Shown piece by piece: positions 49,384 to 59,120 of a DNA stretch of 64,000 nt. This stretch comes from a virus. Taxonomy: Duplodnaviria; Caudoviricetes. The translations under genes were made by a program, and so were the position numbers. The DNA is taken from the IMG/VR virus record IMGVR_UViG_2627853746_000004, positions 15,274 through 79,273 of that record; one strand, given 5' to 3'. The notes below the pieces were generated by a model. That model was not told where the DNA came from, ran no database searches, and saw nothing but the letters and a program-made list of their open reading frames with translations. Position 1 is the stretch's first letter; each line of letters opens with the position of its first letter.

Positions 49384-51978
49384 GTGGAAGCACAGCCATT
49401 CATTTTATTTGTGCCAGGTATAAAAGGTAGTGAACTGTTTGAGGGGGATAACAAAAGATGGTTTCCAAAAAACCTAGATGATTTTAATGCATTGAATTTC
49501 AATAATACCCTAGAAGCAAAGGGGCTCTTGAGTATTGTAAATGCATTCGGATTTTATAAAGCAGAGATCTATAAAGGCATGCTTGATCATTATTCCCCTG
49601 AGAATTTTGCATTTTTTGCGTATGATTGGAGACAATCGCTTATCGATATAGTTGACCAATTAACAAGAAAAATTGTAAACGAGAGCCAAGATCACGAATC
49701 GATTGTGCTGGTTGCTCATAGCATGGGCGGAATACTATCAAAAATGGCAATCCATCAACTAGATTCTCTAGGATTACATAACAAGGTGTCAAAATTTATA
49801 AGCGTAGGTACTCCTTGGCATGGATCTCCCGACGCTTACAAAAGTTTAGTTTTTGGTGAGCCAGGTTTATTCAGCAAGTTTTCGCAAGTTTTACAGATGT
49901 TTGATGATGAAAAAACTCGTTTATTAGCTGCTCAATTACCCTCTGTCTATCAACTGCTTCCAAGTAAACATTATTATAATAATTTGGAACAAGGAAAATT
50001 TTTGATAGGTGAAGATAAAGATGTGACGTATGAAGAAATGCTTTTAAAGGCGCAGTCGCTATTTAACAAACAATATTTTGACACATACGGAATCAGTGCT
50101 TCAGTTCCAAATATATGGAATGATATTATGAAACCTGTTCAAGATATTATTCAATTACCAATGCCTGATTATATAGATCATGATTGCTTAGTTGGGTGCG
50201 AGGTCCCAACAATATACAAAATCCCATTTACAACTGACAAAAAAAGGTTACCCTTTAAGAAAGATTGTGTATTTGATAATGGAGATGGCGTAGTTCCGTT
50301 AATGAGTGGAATTCCACTTCATCAAGCAAATATTTACTATTGCAAAGGCGAACATAAAAATTTAACTAATTTGGAATATGTGTTAAATTTTATTGATTGG
50401 TCAGCTAATGGTAAGAACAGTGAACTGCCACAAGATATTAGTCCCGAACCTTTATCTAATGTGTTTAATCGGAAAGTTTTAGCAAAAGTTCTTTGTCCAG
50501 TGGATTCAACAGTTATGGATTCGCAGCATAAGTATATAGCAGGAGTATTTGATACGAGCTTAGAAGATATAAGTCATTTAGCTAATGACGATTCCATTAT
50601 GTATTTTAATGTTGGTGAGGCAAAATACATTTTCTTTAATGAAGAGGTAGATGAAGATATTATTATAAAAATAAATTCATATGATACAGGTGTGGCTGAT
50701 GTCTCAGTTAAATATTTTGATGGCGATGAGGTCACGGAACAAAGTTTTGATCCTATTCCGGTGTCTGATGAGGTTGCGGCAATTGTACGGATACCATTAT
50801 CACGTGAAAATAAAGATGCAGACTTAATTGTTAATGAGGTGAAATATGAATATAAAAAGCGGAGTTACACTAAGCAAATAAATACTGCTGAAGGTGAGGC
50901 AGTTCCTAAATTAACAATAAAGGTTCAAGGGGATGAACGTATTAAGTACAGACCCCTTTTTTCTGGTTCAATTGTAATGAAAATAACTGCAGATAATAAT
51001 GACCTTGTCGAAAATATATATTATTCAGTAGATGATGGGGTTCCGAAAAAATATATTCAAGCTGAAGAACTTGTACTTGATTCTGGAATTCATAAAATTA
51101 AGGCTTTTGGGAAAGATATTTACAATCGCTCACTGTTAGCAAAGGACTATAATTTCACTATTGATAATAATAACCCAAAGACAAAAATAAATATCAACAT
51201 TAATCCAGAAGGCATCATTGTTGTTTTTGACAGTATTTCACTGGGCGGTGCTTCAAAAACTTTTTACCGATTAGGTGATCAAGATTTTCAGGAGGTACCT
51301 CAAGGTGAAGAGTTAACTGTTCCAACAACTGAATTATTGAATGACATCAATTCATTCGTTAAATTGGATTACTATTCCGAAAATGAATTCGGAAAAACAG
51401 AGGACATCAAGAGTCTTAAATTAAGTTTGGGGAATATACCGATATTAATGTGGGAAGAAACAACATCAGCGATAACGCCAGATCTGATTTGGGGTAATAT
51501 ATTTAAACATGACTCTATAGGACTTGAAGAATTTAATATTAGTTTTATTGATGTAAAAGGCTCCAAAGTCACTACGGGCACAGTCGTTCCAGACAATGTT
51601 AAAGGCGTGTCTTTTAAGTCGGAACTTATTGAGATAGAAGCTCGTTACGCAGAAAAATATTCTCTCTATTTTGAGGGGGCACCAACAGAAGTATTAGAAG
51701 TTGGGCAGACATGCAACTTTTCATTTCAACTTCTTACTGAAAGAAGTAAAGAAATGATTACGAATACTTCACCTGTAGTTAGATTGAAAGCTTTCAGGAA
51801 TAGGATTCCTGACATACTTGTTAGGGATTTAATTGAAAAAGACGGTATTTTTTATGGACAATTTGTTGTTGATGAAATCTTTAAACAACATAAATTCAAA
51901 TTAGTAATTACTGATGTCAAAAACACTAATCCAGCATTACGTGAAATACCGCTTATAATGAAGGAAGATGAAGAATAG
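49384..51978 (+). CDS. Large PGAP1/LCAT-like alpha/beta lipase with long beta-rich C-terminus
   Basis: VPGIKGS, YDWR, AHSMGG nucleophile, GTPWHGSP, GDGVVP, GEH. Confidence 0.85.
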   Translation: MEAQPFILFVPGIKGSELFEGDNKRWFPKNLDDFNALNFNNTLEAKGLLSIVNAFGFYKAEIYKGMLDHYSPENFAFFAYDWRQSLIDIVDQLTRKIVNESQDHESIVLVAHSMGGILSKMAIHQLDSLGLHNKVSKFISVGTPWHGSPDAYKSLVFGEPGLFSKFSQVLQMFDDEKTRLLAAQLPSVYQLLPSKHYYNNLEQGKFLIGEDKDVTYEEMLLKAQSLFNKQYFDTYGISASVPNIWNDIMKPVQDIIQLPMPDYIDHDCLVGCEVPTIYKIPFTTDKKRLPFKKDCVFDNGDGVVPLMSGIPLHQANIYYCKGEHKNLTNLEYVLNFIDWSANGKNSELPQDISPEPLSNVFNRKVLAKVLCPVDSTVMDSQHKYIAGVFDTSLEDISHLANDDSIMYFNVGEAKYIFFNEEVDEDIIIKINSYDTGVADVSVKYFDGDEVTEQSFDPIPVSDEVAAIVRIPLSRENKDADLIVNEVKYEYKKRSYTKQINTAEGEAVPKLTIKVQGDERIKYRPLFSGSIVMKITADNNDLVENIYYSVDDGVPKKYIQAEELVLDSGIHKIKAFGKDIYNRSLLAKDYNFTIDNNNPKTKINININPEGIIVVFDSISLGGASKTFYRLGDQDFQEVPQGEELTVPTTELLNDINSFVKLDYYSENEFGKTEDIKSLKLSLGNIPILMWEETTSAITPDLIWGNIFKHDSIGLEEFNISFIDVKGSKVTTGTVVPDNVKGVSFKSELIEIEARYAEKYSLYFEGAPTEVLEVGQTCNFSFQLLTERSKEMITNTSPVVRLKAFRNRIPDILVRDLIEKDGIFYGQFVVDEIFKQHKFKLVITDVKNTNPALREIPLIMKEDEE

Positions 51979-52002
51979 CTGAGAAGGAGGTGAAGTGAAA
52001 AG

Positions 52003-52560
52003 ATGAAAACAATAATAATAATTCAAATGGCATTATTATTATTCATTTTTACATTCACCTTTCTTCTCTACAGAGCAAAGACTTGGAAGGCATCAACAAT
52101 TATTAATAAAGGTGAGGCAATTTCGATCACTTTCCAGTTAGCACTTGTTGTTTGGGCTTTCTTGTCTCTTGTAACAGGGATTTTTTATTTCTTCCTAACT
52201 ACAAAACCTGAATTATCAGGTTTTGTTTTATCTGTAATTTTAATACCGCTAATAATTTTATTTTATTTCGGTATTAAAGTTCTTGTTAATTCCAATAATA
52301 CAAAAAAATCTATTTACGAAATTAACACTAAAAGTAAAGAGGTTATTTTATGGTCGAAATCATTCCCGTTTTTGTCAAAAGATCAAATTGAGTTGAACGT
52401 TTATTTATCAAAGGGAAAAGCAGTCGGGAGAGTAACCGTTCATGGGGTAAATGAACACGAAGCTAATCTTATTAAAATGAAAAAATCCGGCTTACCTCCT
52501 GAGATTTATTTAAATGTTATTATGGAAAACGATGAGAATAGCAATTTAAATAAACACTAA
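52003..52560 (+). CDS. Membrane protein (3 TM) probably co-transcribed with the lipase
   Basis: Hydrophobic N-half; 24 nt after the lipase; terminator at about 52583. Confidence 0.7.
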   Translation: MKTIIIIQMALLLFIFTFTFLLYRAKTWKASTIINKGEAISITFQLALVVWAFLSLVTGIFYFFLTTKPELSGFVLSVILIPLIILFYFGIKVLVNSNNTKKSIYEINTKSKEVILWSKSFPFLSKDQIELNVYLSKGKAVGRVTVHGVNEHEANLIKMKKSGLPPEIYLNVIMENDENSNLNKH

Positions 52561-52778
52561 TTAATAAAATATTACTTCGCATCCCCTGCAATTGACGGCA
52601 GGGGTTCTTTGTGTTTAGGAAAATTTTCTTTATCGCCACATAAACTAGAAATTTACGTGATTATATCCATAGCTTGTTTGCAGTAGCGGAATGTGATAAT
52701 GTAATTTTGTAATGAGCTTACACTCCAAAAGCTCCTTGGTTAACGTATTAATACGTTGAAAAGGAGGTGAGTCATACC

Positions 52779-52868
52779 ATGAAAATAGATCCGCGTTTTG
52801 TGTTGATTTGGATCTTGTTTGTGCTGTTAGTAATAATGTCATTTCTGATCGTTATGCTTAAATACTAA
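52779..52868 (+). CDS. 29-aa hydrophobic peptide, type I toxin candidate (MKIDPRFVLIWILFVLLVIMSFLIVMLKY)
   Basis: Not in track; perfect SD AAGGAGGTGA; upstream CTCC/CTCCTT anti-SD; structured 3' UTR. Confidence 0.7.
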   Translation: MKIDPRFVLIWILFVLLVIMSFLIVMLKY

Positions 52869-52949
52869 ACTAATGATGCTTTTGGACCGGTATCTTTCCC
52901 TTTGGGGGAGGATATCCCGGTCAAAAGAATAAATATATATAGAAATTAC

Positions 52950-52991
52950 GAAAAACCTCTGCTCGAAATAATTCGATGCAGAGGTTTTTTT
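52950..52991. terminator. Bidirectional intrinsic terminator
   Basis: AAAAACCTCTGC...GCAGAGGTTTTTTT. Confidence 0.7.
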
Positions 52992-53211
52992 GTTTAGGCT
53001 TGTAAAAAGGGAATGGTAGCGCGTCATAATGTGTCCAGGAAAATTTTCCTTATAGACACATACATAAAGCCCAGGATTTGATATCCTATGTAAGTTACAC
53101 GAGACGGAGGAACCGGCAGTGTAATGCTCCGCGTACCATTATTTGTTCTGTAAATCTTTATTTCTTTTACGGTACCATGGTAAAATTTAGGTGAAATATT
53201 GGGGGATAAAC

Positions 53212-53745
53212 ATGAAAAAGAGTTTGTTGACTTTATTGTTTTTGGCTTTTCTCACTGCCTGCGGATCTTCAAAGAGTGGGATTAATGAAGATGATCTCGC
53301 TATTGTAAAAGTGGACAATGAAAAGGAAATTGTAAAGTATGGGATGAGCCAGGAGGAGGCTGAAAAGATACTTGGTACTGGAAAAAAAACCACCACATTT
53401 AGTACATATAGTTCAGGAATTTCAATCATGTACAGAGACGGTGCAGTAGTATGTATTTTTATTGACGAGGAATCCAAGGGGAAATATAAAACAATCCAAG
53501 GAGCAGAAGTAGGGATGTCAAAGAAAGAATTAATTGACTTGTACGGAGAAACTGGAGCATTCAGTTTATCAGAAATACAATTAGACTATGTTTATGATTC
53601 CACAAATAAAAAATACCTAACAATAGATGAACAGAGTTCAAATAATGATCTAAAAAGTTATCAAGTATCAGTAAGGTTTAAAATGGATGGTGGCGCTCGG
53701 TTAATTAGTTTGCTAGATCGTCAGTCCGCCATGCTTGGAAGATAA
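53212..53745 (+). CDS. Lipoprotein
   Basis: MKKSLL...FLTAC lipobox. Confidence 0.8.
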   Translation: MKKSLLTLLFLAFLTACGSSKSGINEDDLAIVKVDNEKEIVKYGMSQEEAEKILGTGKKTTTFSTYSSGISIMYRDGAVVCIFIDEESKGKYKTIQGAEVGMSKKELIDLYGETGAFSLSEIQLDYVYDSTNKKYLTIDEQSSNNDLKSYQVSVRFKMDGGARLISLLDRQSAMLGR

Positions 53746-53800
53746 TAAATGTTAAATTATAGTTCAAAATAACCGTCCCGACCATAACTGTGGGGACGGT

Positions 53801-54034
53801 TCATTCATTCGTTTCACCCTCAATCCGTAGCCTAATTACTCGTGAAATACTCTCCACATCAATGTATGGCACCCAAACTGGCCCCTCAATCGTATTGATC
53901 TTAACTCGCTCTGGATCAGCAGATACCTCTGCAATACCCTTTATCTTGTCCCCATTTAATAGCCATACAACAATCATTTCTCGTCTTACAGCTGCGATCT
54001 TCAAGCTTTGCTTAAGTTTTTTGTCCATGATCAT
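53801..54034 (-). CDS. Small beta-barrel (Sm-like) hypothetical protein
   Basis: VVWLLNGDKIKGI...VPYIDVESI. Confidence 0.55.
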   Translation of the reverse strand: MIMDKKLKQSLKIAAVRREMIVVWLLNGDKIKGIAEVSADPERVKINTIEGPVWVPYIDVESISRVIRLRIEGETNE

Positions 54035-54237
54035 ACCTCGGGTCTTTTCTGATTATTATACACCTCGTCTGATATCGAAAGCAGAATTTTCCTTACCAGT
54101 GGTACGGAGTTCATGTCCTATTCTTCAATCCACATATTTCCTCATTAACCCTTAAGTGTATTGTAAATTCCTGTCGATAAACAGACTGTTTGTTCGCCTT
54201 TATATAGTGTAGGCTTGATGCATACATATTAAAGGAG

Positions 54238-55107
54238 ATGGATTTTTTGAAGAAAAAACTACTTGGTTTCATAGTTCTATGTTTACTGGTCTTGAGCGTT
54301 GCACCTAATTTAACTAAGGCTGCTGAAAGTCCGATGGGATTATTGGATGGAAAGGTAATAGATACAGGTTCTAGTTATAATAATAAAAAAGGAACAACGA
54401 CGGCTGTTACAGATAACAATGATTCCACAGTTTTTTCATTAGTAAGTGAGCGAAGTGACACGAGTGTAACAGATACATTGTTCTATACTTTCACAACTCC
54501 TCTTAGCATCAATTCATATAAACTTTATATTCCAAATTATACAGGTGGGACTGTATCAATTTTCTTTATTGACAATAACGGCACTACTATTGCACAAAGT
54601 ATTTCCCATTCTGTGATTCCTGGTGATAATAATATCTATTCACTTTCTAGTCCTATAACCAATGTAAAAACAGTTGTAGTTTGGCAATACTCAGCACCTT
54701 CTTACAATGTTGCTGAGTTCAATTTATATAACATAGAACCTGAACCGACTGTAACACCAACTGTAGAGCCTACTTTTACACCAGAACCGACCATTGAGCC
54801 AACACCAACAGTTACTCCTGCACCTTCACCAACCGTAACTCCTTCTCCAACTCCAGAGCAGCCAACAGGCGACCGTGCAATCCTGGTTGTAACGATGAAC
54901 ACCGGACTTGAAAAAGAGTTTGACCTGAGTATGACGGAAGTGAATGCTTTCATTGCTTGGTACGAAAATAAGCAGTCCGGTTCAGGCACAGCCTCATACG
55001 CCATTGATAAGCATGATAATAATAAAGGGCCATTCACTAACCGGAAGGATTACGTGATATTCGATAAAATCTTAACCTTCAGCGTGGATGAATATTCTGC
55101 AGAATAG
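54238..55107 (+). CDS. Secreted protein with Pro/Thr linker and conserved C-terminal domain
   Basis: Signal peptide; PTVTP repeats; RAILVVTMNTGLEKEFDL...DKILTF. Confidence 0.8.
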   Translation: MDFLKKKLLGFIVLCLLVLSVAPNLTKAAESPMGLLDGKVIDTGSSYNNKKGTTTAVTDNNDSTVFSLVSERSDTSVTDTLFYTFTTPLSINSYKLYIPNYTGGTVSIFFIDNNGTTIAQSISHSVIPGDNNIYSLSSPITNVKTVVVWQYSAPSYNVAEFNLYNIEPEPTVTPTVEPTFTPEPTIEPTPTVTPAPSPTVTPSPTPEQPTGDRAILVVTMNTGLEKEFDLSMTEVNAFIAWYENKQSGSGTASYAIDKHDNNKGPFTNRKDYVIFDKILTFSVDEYSAE

Positions 55108-55361
55108 TATCTTCTCTTAGCTCACCCTGCCAGCAATGGTGGGGTGTTTTTATGCGTTCAGGATAATTTTCCTCACCCACATATACATAATGTTCCAAAT
55201 GAATTATTCTATATTTATGAATAATGAAAATTATCAATATAGAGATACATACTTTTTGATTTGTCGTCCAGCAGCTTTATGGATTGGATTCTTTTTATTA
55301 TTGTTGGTGTTTATTTTGTTTTACTGGATTTACAAATATCGAAAGAAGAGAAAAAGACAGC

Positions 55362-55580
55362 ATGAATAATACATACAAAGTCCTGCGGAGTGACATTGAC
55401 TTTCTAGCGGCAGCACTGGCTCAATCCAAGGTGTCTGTCTGGTACCGGGAAGATCCGGACCCTATCGGACACCTTATGGATTATGGGGGAATAGTAGAGG
55501 GATACACACCGGAATCGATTAAGATAGCCGGCGCTCGGTTTGTCCGGGAACGATTTGAATTTCGCGCATACATAAAATAA
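55362..55580 (+). CDS. Small hypothetical protein
   Basis: MNNTYKVLRSD...DYGG.VE.YTPES.KI. Confidence 0.6.
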   Translation: MNNTYKVLRSDIDFLAAALAQSKVSVWYREDPDPIGHLMDYGGIVEGYTPESIKIAGARFVRERFEFRAYIK

Positions 55581-55616
55581 CCCGCCGGGCTTATGCCTGA
55601 CGGGTTTTGTTTTGGT

Positions 55617-56807
55617 TTACTCTGTTGTGTATTCATTTACTTCAAAGGTTAGAATCTTATCGTGTATCACGTATTCTGTTCGTTTGCTGAATGGGCCTTT
55701 GTTGTTATCATGCTTATCGATGCCATATCGGACAGATCCGTTCGCTGAATCGTACCAGTTCAAGAAAGCAGTTATCTCTTCTGATGTTAGGTCGAATTCT
55801 TTTTCTAGACCGGTGTTCATGGTTAGAACCAGAATAGCACGACCTCTTGACGGCTGTTCAGGAGATGGAGATGGAGTTGGAGACGGCGATGGAGACGGCG
55901 ATGGAGTCACTATAGGCGTTGAAGTAGGAGTTGCCGAAGGAATGGTAGGCTCTCCATAAACATTTATAGTCATATAGTTATGTCCATCTCCTAAGCCGGT
56001 AACCTTCATTGATCTAACCCCAGGTATTGATAAACCAGTTTTGTTCTCCGCTGTTCCTGTTCCTGTAGGAGTATATGATTGGATTAAGTTTTTCTGATCG
56101 ATATCTGAATAAAAATCATATCTTATTCTCTCAACGTAAAGTTGTCCTTTAGTATAGATTCTGGTAATAGTTGTTTCATTATCTAAATGAAGTATGAAAT
56201 ACGCATTATTAGAAAGGGTGTTGCCTGTACCATCAGATCCATCCGCAATTCTTGACTGCCAAGATTTAGCACTAATCGATCCGTCAGAATTATATATGGG
56301 AATATTAATAGGATTTAGTAATGTTTCCCCAGTATCCGTATCAGGGAATAAGTTGAATTCATATATTTTAACAGTCTGCCAAGAAGTTGTGTTAGATACA
56401 ACCACTTTAGAGACGTTTTTCACATATACATTTTGTTTCGTCCCTGTATTTAGGGAGGCTTCGGTACTACCTATGTATGTATCGGTAGAGTCATAATAAT
56501 CAATTTTAATATTTGCATAATCGGCTAATAATCTATATGAATTAACGGTAATTGGTGAAGAAAACTGATACCACAATGAATCTTTATTTGGAGCATAAGG
56601 TGATGATGTATCAAGTGTAACAAAAGTTGATTCATCGTTATCAGTGGCAAGTGATGTTGTATTTGATACAGAAGAACCATCAATTCCTTGATTCATCGTT
56701 TTTTCATTTAAGAAGCCATTAGTACTAGAAGAAGCATTGGTAACAGAGATTACACTTACTGCTGTGAAAATAAGAAAAAATACTAGCAATAATTTAATTT
56801 TTTTCAT
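55617..56807 (-). CDS. Secreted protein, paralog of 54238..55107
   Basis: Signal peptide; SP/TP linker; nearly identical C-terminal domain. Confidence 0.8.
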   Translation of the reverse strand: MKKIKLLLVFFLIFTAVSVISVTNASSSTNGFLNEKTMNQGIDGSSVSNTTSLATDNDESTFVTLDTSSPYAPNKDSLWYQFSSPITVNSYRLLADYANIKIDYYDSTDTYIGSTEASLNTGTKQNVYVKNVSKVVVSNTTSWQTVKIYEFNLFPDTDTGETLLNPINIPIYNSDGSISAKSWQSRIADGSDGTGNTLSNNAYFILHLDNETTITRIYTKGQLYVERIRYDFYSDIDQKNLIQSYTPTGTGTAENKTGLSIPGVRSMKVTGLGDGHNYMTINVYGEPTIPSATPTSTPIVTPSPSPSPSPTPSPSPEQPSRGRAILVLTMNTGLEKEFDLTSEEITAFLNWYDSANGSVRYGIDKHDNNKGPFSKRTEYVIHDKILTFEVNEYTTE

Positions 56808-56977
56808 TAATTACACTCCTTATTATGTATTGTCGCTATTGAGTTTACAAAACTTAACAAGGATTGTCTAAACATATATGTCTATATCTGCAATAAAGTG
56901 AGCGAACAGTAGTATTTATTTTTTGATCCCATTAGAAAAAGAAACAACCCCGCCAGATTTGTTGCCGGGGTTGTTTC

Positions 56978-57649
56978 TTATCCGATATCTTCTAGTAATT
57001 CCTTAGTGTTATTCCGTACGTTGCCTACAGTTGAAGGGACCTTATAAGCCCTCATCATTGAAGCATCATATGGCTTCAGAAGCTTTAATAAGGATTCGAC
57101 ATCGTCATTGTCTTTCCCCAGCCAATCAGCTTCATCTTCAGGACGCAAGATCACCGGCATGCGGTCATGTATGTCCTCCATGAGACTGTTTGGGGTAGTG
57201 GTGATGATGGTGCAGGTGCTCAATTTCTTTCCTTCCGTATCTTCCCAAGTGTCATACAATCCGGCGAAGGAGAAGAGGCTGCCATCACTCATGAGGATTC
57301 GATATGGCTGCTTGCTGGTCCCGTCCTTTTTCCATTCATAAAAACCGTCAGCTGGTATAATGCAACGCTTGGATTTAAGCAGCCGTTTAAAGGCGGGCTT
57401 CTCAGCGACTGTCTCCGCGCGGGCATTGATCATCTTACTGCCGATCTTATCGTCTTTGGCCCAGAACGGCACCAGCCCCCAGCGCAGTTCCCCAAGGCGT
57501 TTTCCTTCGTCACTGGCGATCACTGCCGGGATATTATGCATAGGTGCGACATTATAGTTTGGCTTTAAAGTAGCTATTTTGGTGTCATCGATTAGGTAAT
57601 GAGTAATTAACTCCTCAAGCGTGACTGTAATTGTAAAGCGTCCACACAT
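56978..57649 (-). CDS. SOS response-associated peptidase (SRAP/HMCES, YoqW/YedK-like)
   Basis: MCGRF start, YNVAP, WGLVP, NARAET, GFYEW, IHDRMP. Confidence 0.95.
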   Translation of the reverse strand: MCGRFTITVTLEELITHYLIDDTKIATLKPNYNVAPMHNIPAVIASDEGKRLGELRWGLVPFWAKDDKIGSKMINARAETVAEKPAFKRLLKSKRCIIPADGFYEWKKDGTSKQPYRILMSDGSLFSFAGLYDTWEDTEGKKLSTCTIITTTPNSLMEDIHDRMPVILRPEDEADWLGKDNDDVESLLKLLKPYDASMMRAYKVPSTVGNVRNNTKELLEDIG

Positions 57650-57685
57650 ATAATCAACCTCCAGATAAGGATGTTTCTATAATAA

Positions 57686-58549
57686 TCAAGTTATGAACTG
57701 TTCAAACACTGGTGTTCTCAGCATGCCAGATTTGGTCCAGTTCCTCATACGAACCTTGGCCCGCAGCCGGGGCTCCAGGTGTACGAACTCCTTATCCTCC
57801 CCGGTAACGAGTTGGCCGGCCACTCCCCGGAATGCTTGCTTGTGGAGCGGGGATGCCCCAAACTCAATTATCCCAGCCGGACGCAGTTTACCGGACGTAC
57901 CGGAAGGTACTGCAGCAAGCCAGCCAAATTCCTGCTTACGATAACCTGTGATATACACCTCTGCATACGTCCAGTTAATTACCTTCTGCCAGGCGTGGGA
58001 GCGGCGGCCGGTCTCATAGATGCTATTCTTGCGCTTAGCTACAACGCCCTCCATACCCCGGGCTTCTATTTGCTCAAACAGAGCCTCGCCTGTACCGTCT
58101 ATATACGGCACAACGCCAAAGCTGGCAGAGGGGAGGGATAATCCTGCAAGGATCTCTTTGCGGCGCAGCAGCGGCAGCCCACGGAGGTCCTGGCCTTTGT
58201 ATTGCAGGATATCAAAGATTGCGTAATAGGCTGGCAAGGTGTCCGTGAGTTTGAGAATCTTGTCTGCCCGCCGAGATTGGAAGCGGCTCATGACAGCCTC
58301 AAAATCTGATACGCCGGTTGCCGGATCTACGCAGGCGACCTCGCCGTCCAGGATTACATCATCTTCAAACGGCAGCTGCAGTTCAGGGTACTGCCGGGTG
58401 CAGTCGTTGTCATGCCGGGTGTACAACCGGACCTTTCCGGCTTGCTGGGAGTATATCAGCCGGTGGCCGTCTATCTTTGGCTCATATATAAAATCGCTGT
58501 GGCTAAACGGCCCGGGAGCCGTTTGCAGCAGCATAGGACTTTTAAACAT
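57686..58549 (-). CDS. ATP-dependent DNA ligase (LigB-like)
   Basis: EPKIDGHR, LDGEV, FDIL, EGVVAK, WQK. Confidence 0.92.
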   Translation of the reverse strand: MFKSPMLLQTAPGPFSHSDFIYEPKIDGHRLIYSQQAGKVRLYTRHDNDCTRQYPELQLPFEDDVILDGEVACVDPATGVSDFEAVMSRFQSRRADKILKLTDTLPAYYAIFDILQYKGQDLRGLPLLRRKEILAGLSLPSASFGVVPYIDGTGEALFEQIEARGMEGVVAKRKNSIYETGRRSHAWQKVINWTYAEVYITGYRKQEFGWLAAVPSGTSGKLRPAGIIEFGASPLHKQAFRGVAGQLVTGEDKEFVHLEPRLRAKVRMRNWTKSGMLRTPVFEQFIT

Positions 58550-58617
58550 AGTTTCACCTCTACGTTTATTATAAAGGCCATCATGGAGAAGATGGTCAGG
58601 TAAGTGCTGGAAGCATG

Positions 58618-58683
58618 GAACGTTTGTTCTATTTTTCCATTGCTTAAAAATCTTCGGCTCGGTTATAATACAAACAAACGTTC
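58618..58683. promoter_or_regulatory. Two LexA (Cheo) boxes flanking a sigma-A promoter
   Basis: GAACGTTTGTTC (58618) and AAACAAACGTTC (58672); TTGCTT(58640)...TATAAT(58664). Confidence 0.75.
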
Positions 58684-58707
58684 TTATTATACCGGAGGCG
58701 ATCAGTC

Positions 58708-58905
58708 ATGAAAATGAGTATCGGCCAAACGATTGAAATGATATACCTGGACAAAGCAGGCAAGATCACTCAGCGGAAGATTGAAGTAAATGGAATTCGT
58801 GACGGCCGTATCCGGGCTACCTGCCTCACTACCGGCGCGCCTCGGGTATTCCTGGTTGAGAATATTCTAGCGTGGAATCTTGTAAAGAGGGGCGTGGTGG
58901 CATGA
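58708..58905 (+). CDS. Small WYL-like protein
   Basis: IEMIYLDKAGKITQRKI...ATC..TGAPRVF. Confidence 0.65.
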   Translation: MKMSIGQTIEMIYLDKAGKITQRKIEVNGIRDGRIRATCLTTGAPRVFLVENILAWNLVKRGVVA

Positions 58906-59120
58906 AACCAATAACACAACGGCAACGCGCGGCATTGCATGCAATCATAAAACTCACGGAATCTCAGGGATATCCTCCAACCGTTCGAGAAATCATGAAA
59001 GAAATTGACCTTACATCCAGTTCAACGGTGCAAGTCTTATTAGATAAATTAGAGGAAAAAGGGTATATAAAGCGACAGGGCAATACTCCACGAGCCCTTA
59101 AGGTGCTGCGCCGTGCTTGA
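58902..59120 (+). CDS. LexA DNA-binding-domain-only protein
   Basis: TQRQ...GYPPTVREI...SSSTV...LEEKGYIKR...PRAL; no peptidase domain. Confidence 0.85.
   Translation: MKPITQRQRAALHAIIKLTESQGYPPTVREIMKEIDLTSSSTVQVLLDKLEEKGYIKRQGNTPRALKVLRRA

Noticed and set aside
53012-53140. tRNA or c-di-GMP riboswitch call for the cloverleaf element
   Set aside because: No TTCRA T-loop, CCA end or GEMM motifs; kept only as an unknown structure.
54740-55930. Short tandem repeats as a possible CRISPR array or VNTR
   Set aside because: They encode Pro/Thr/Ser linkers; no repeat-spacer pattern or cas genes anywhere in the window.
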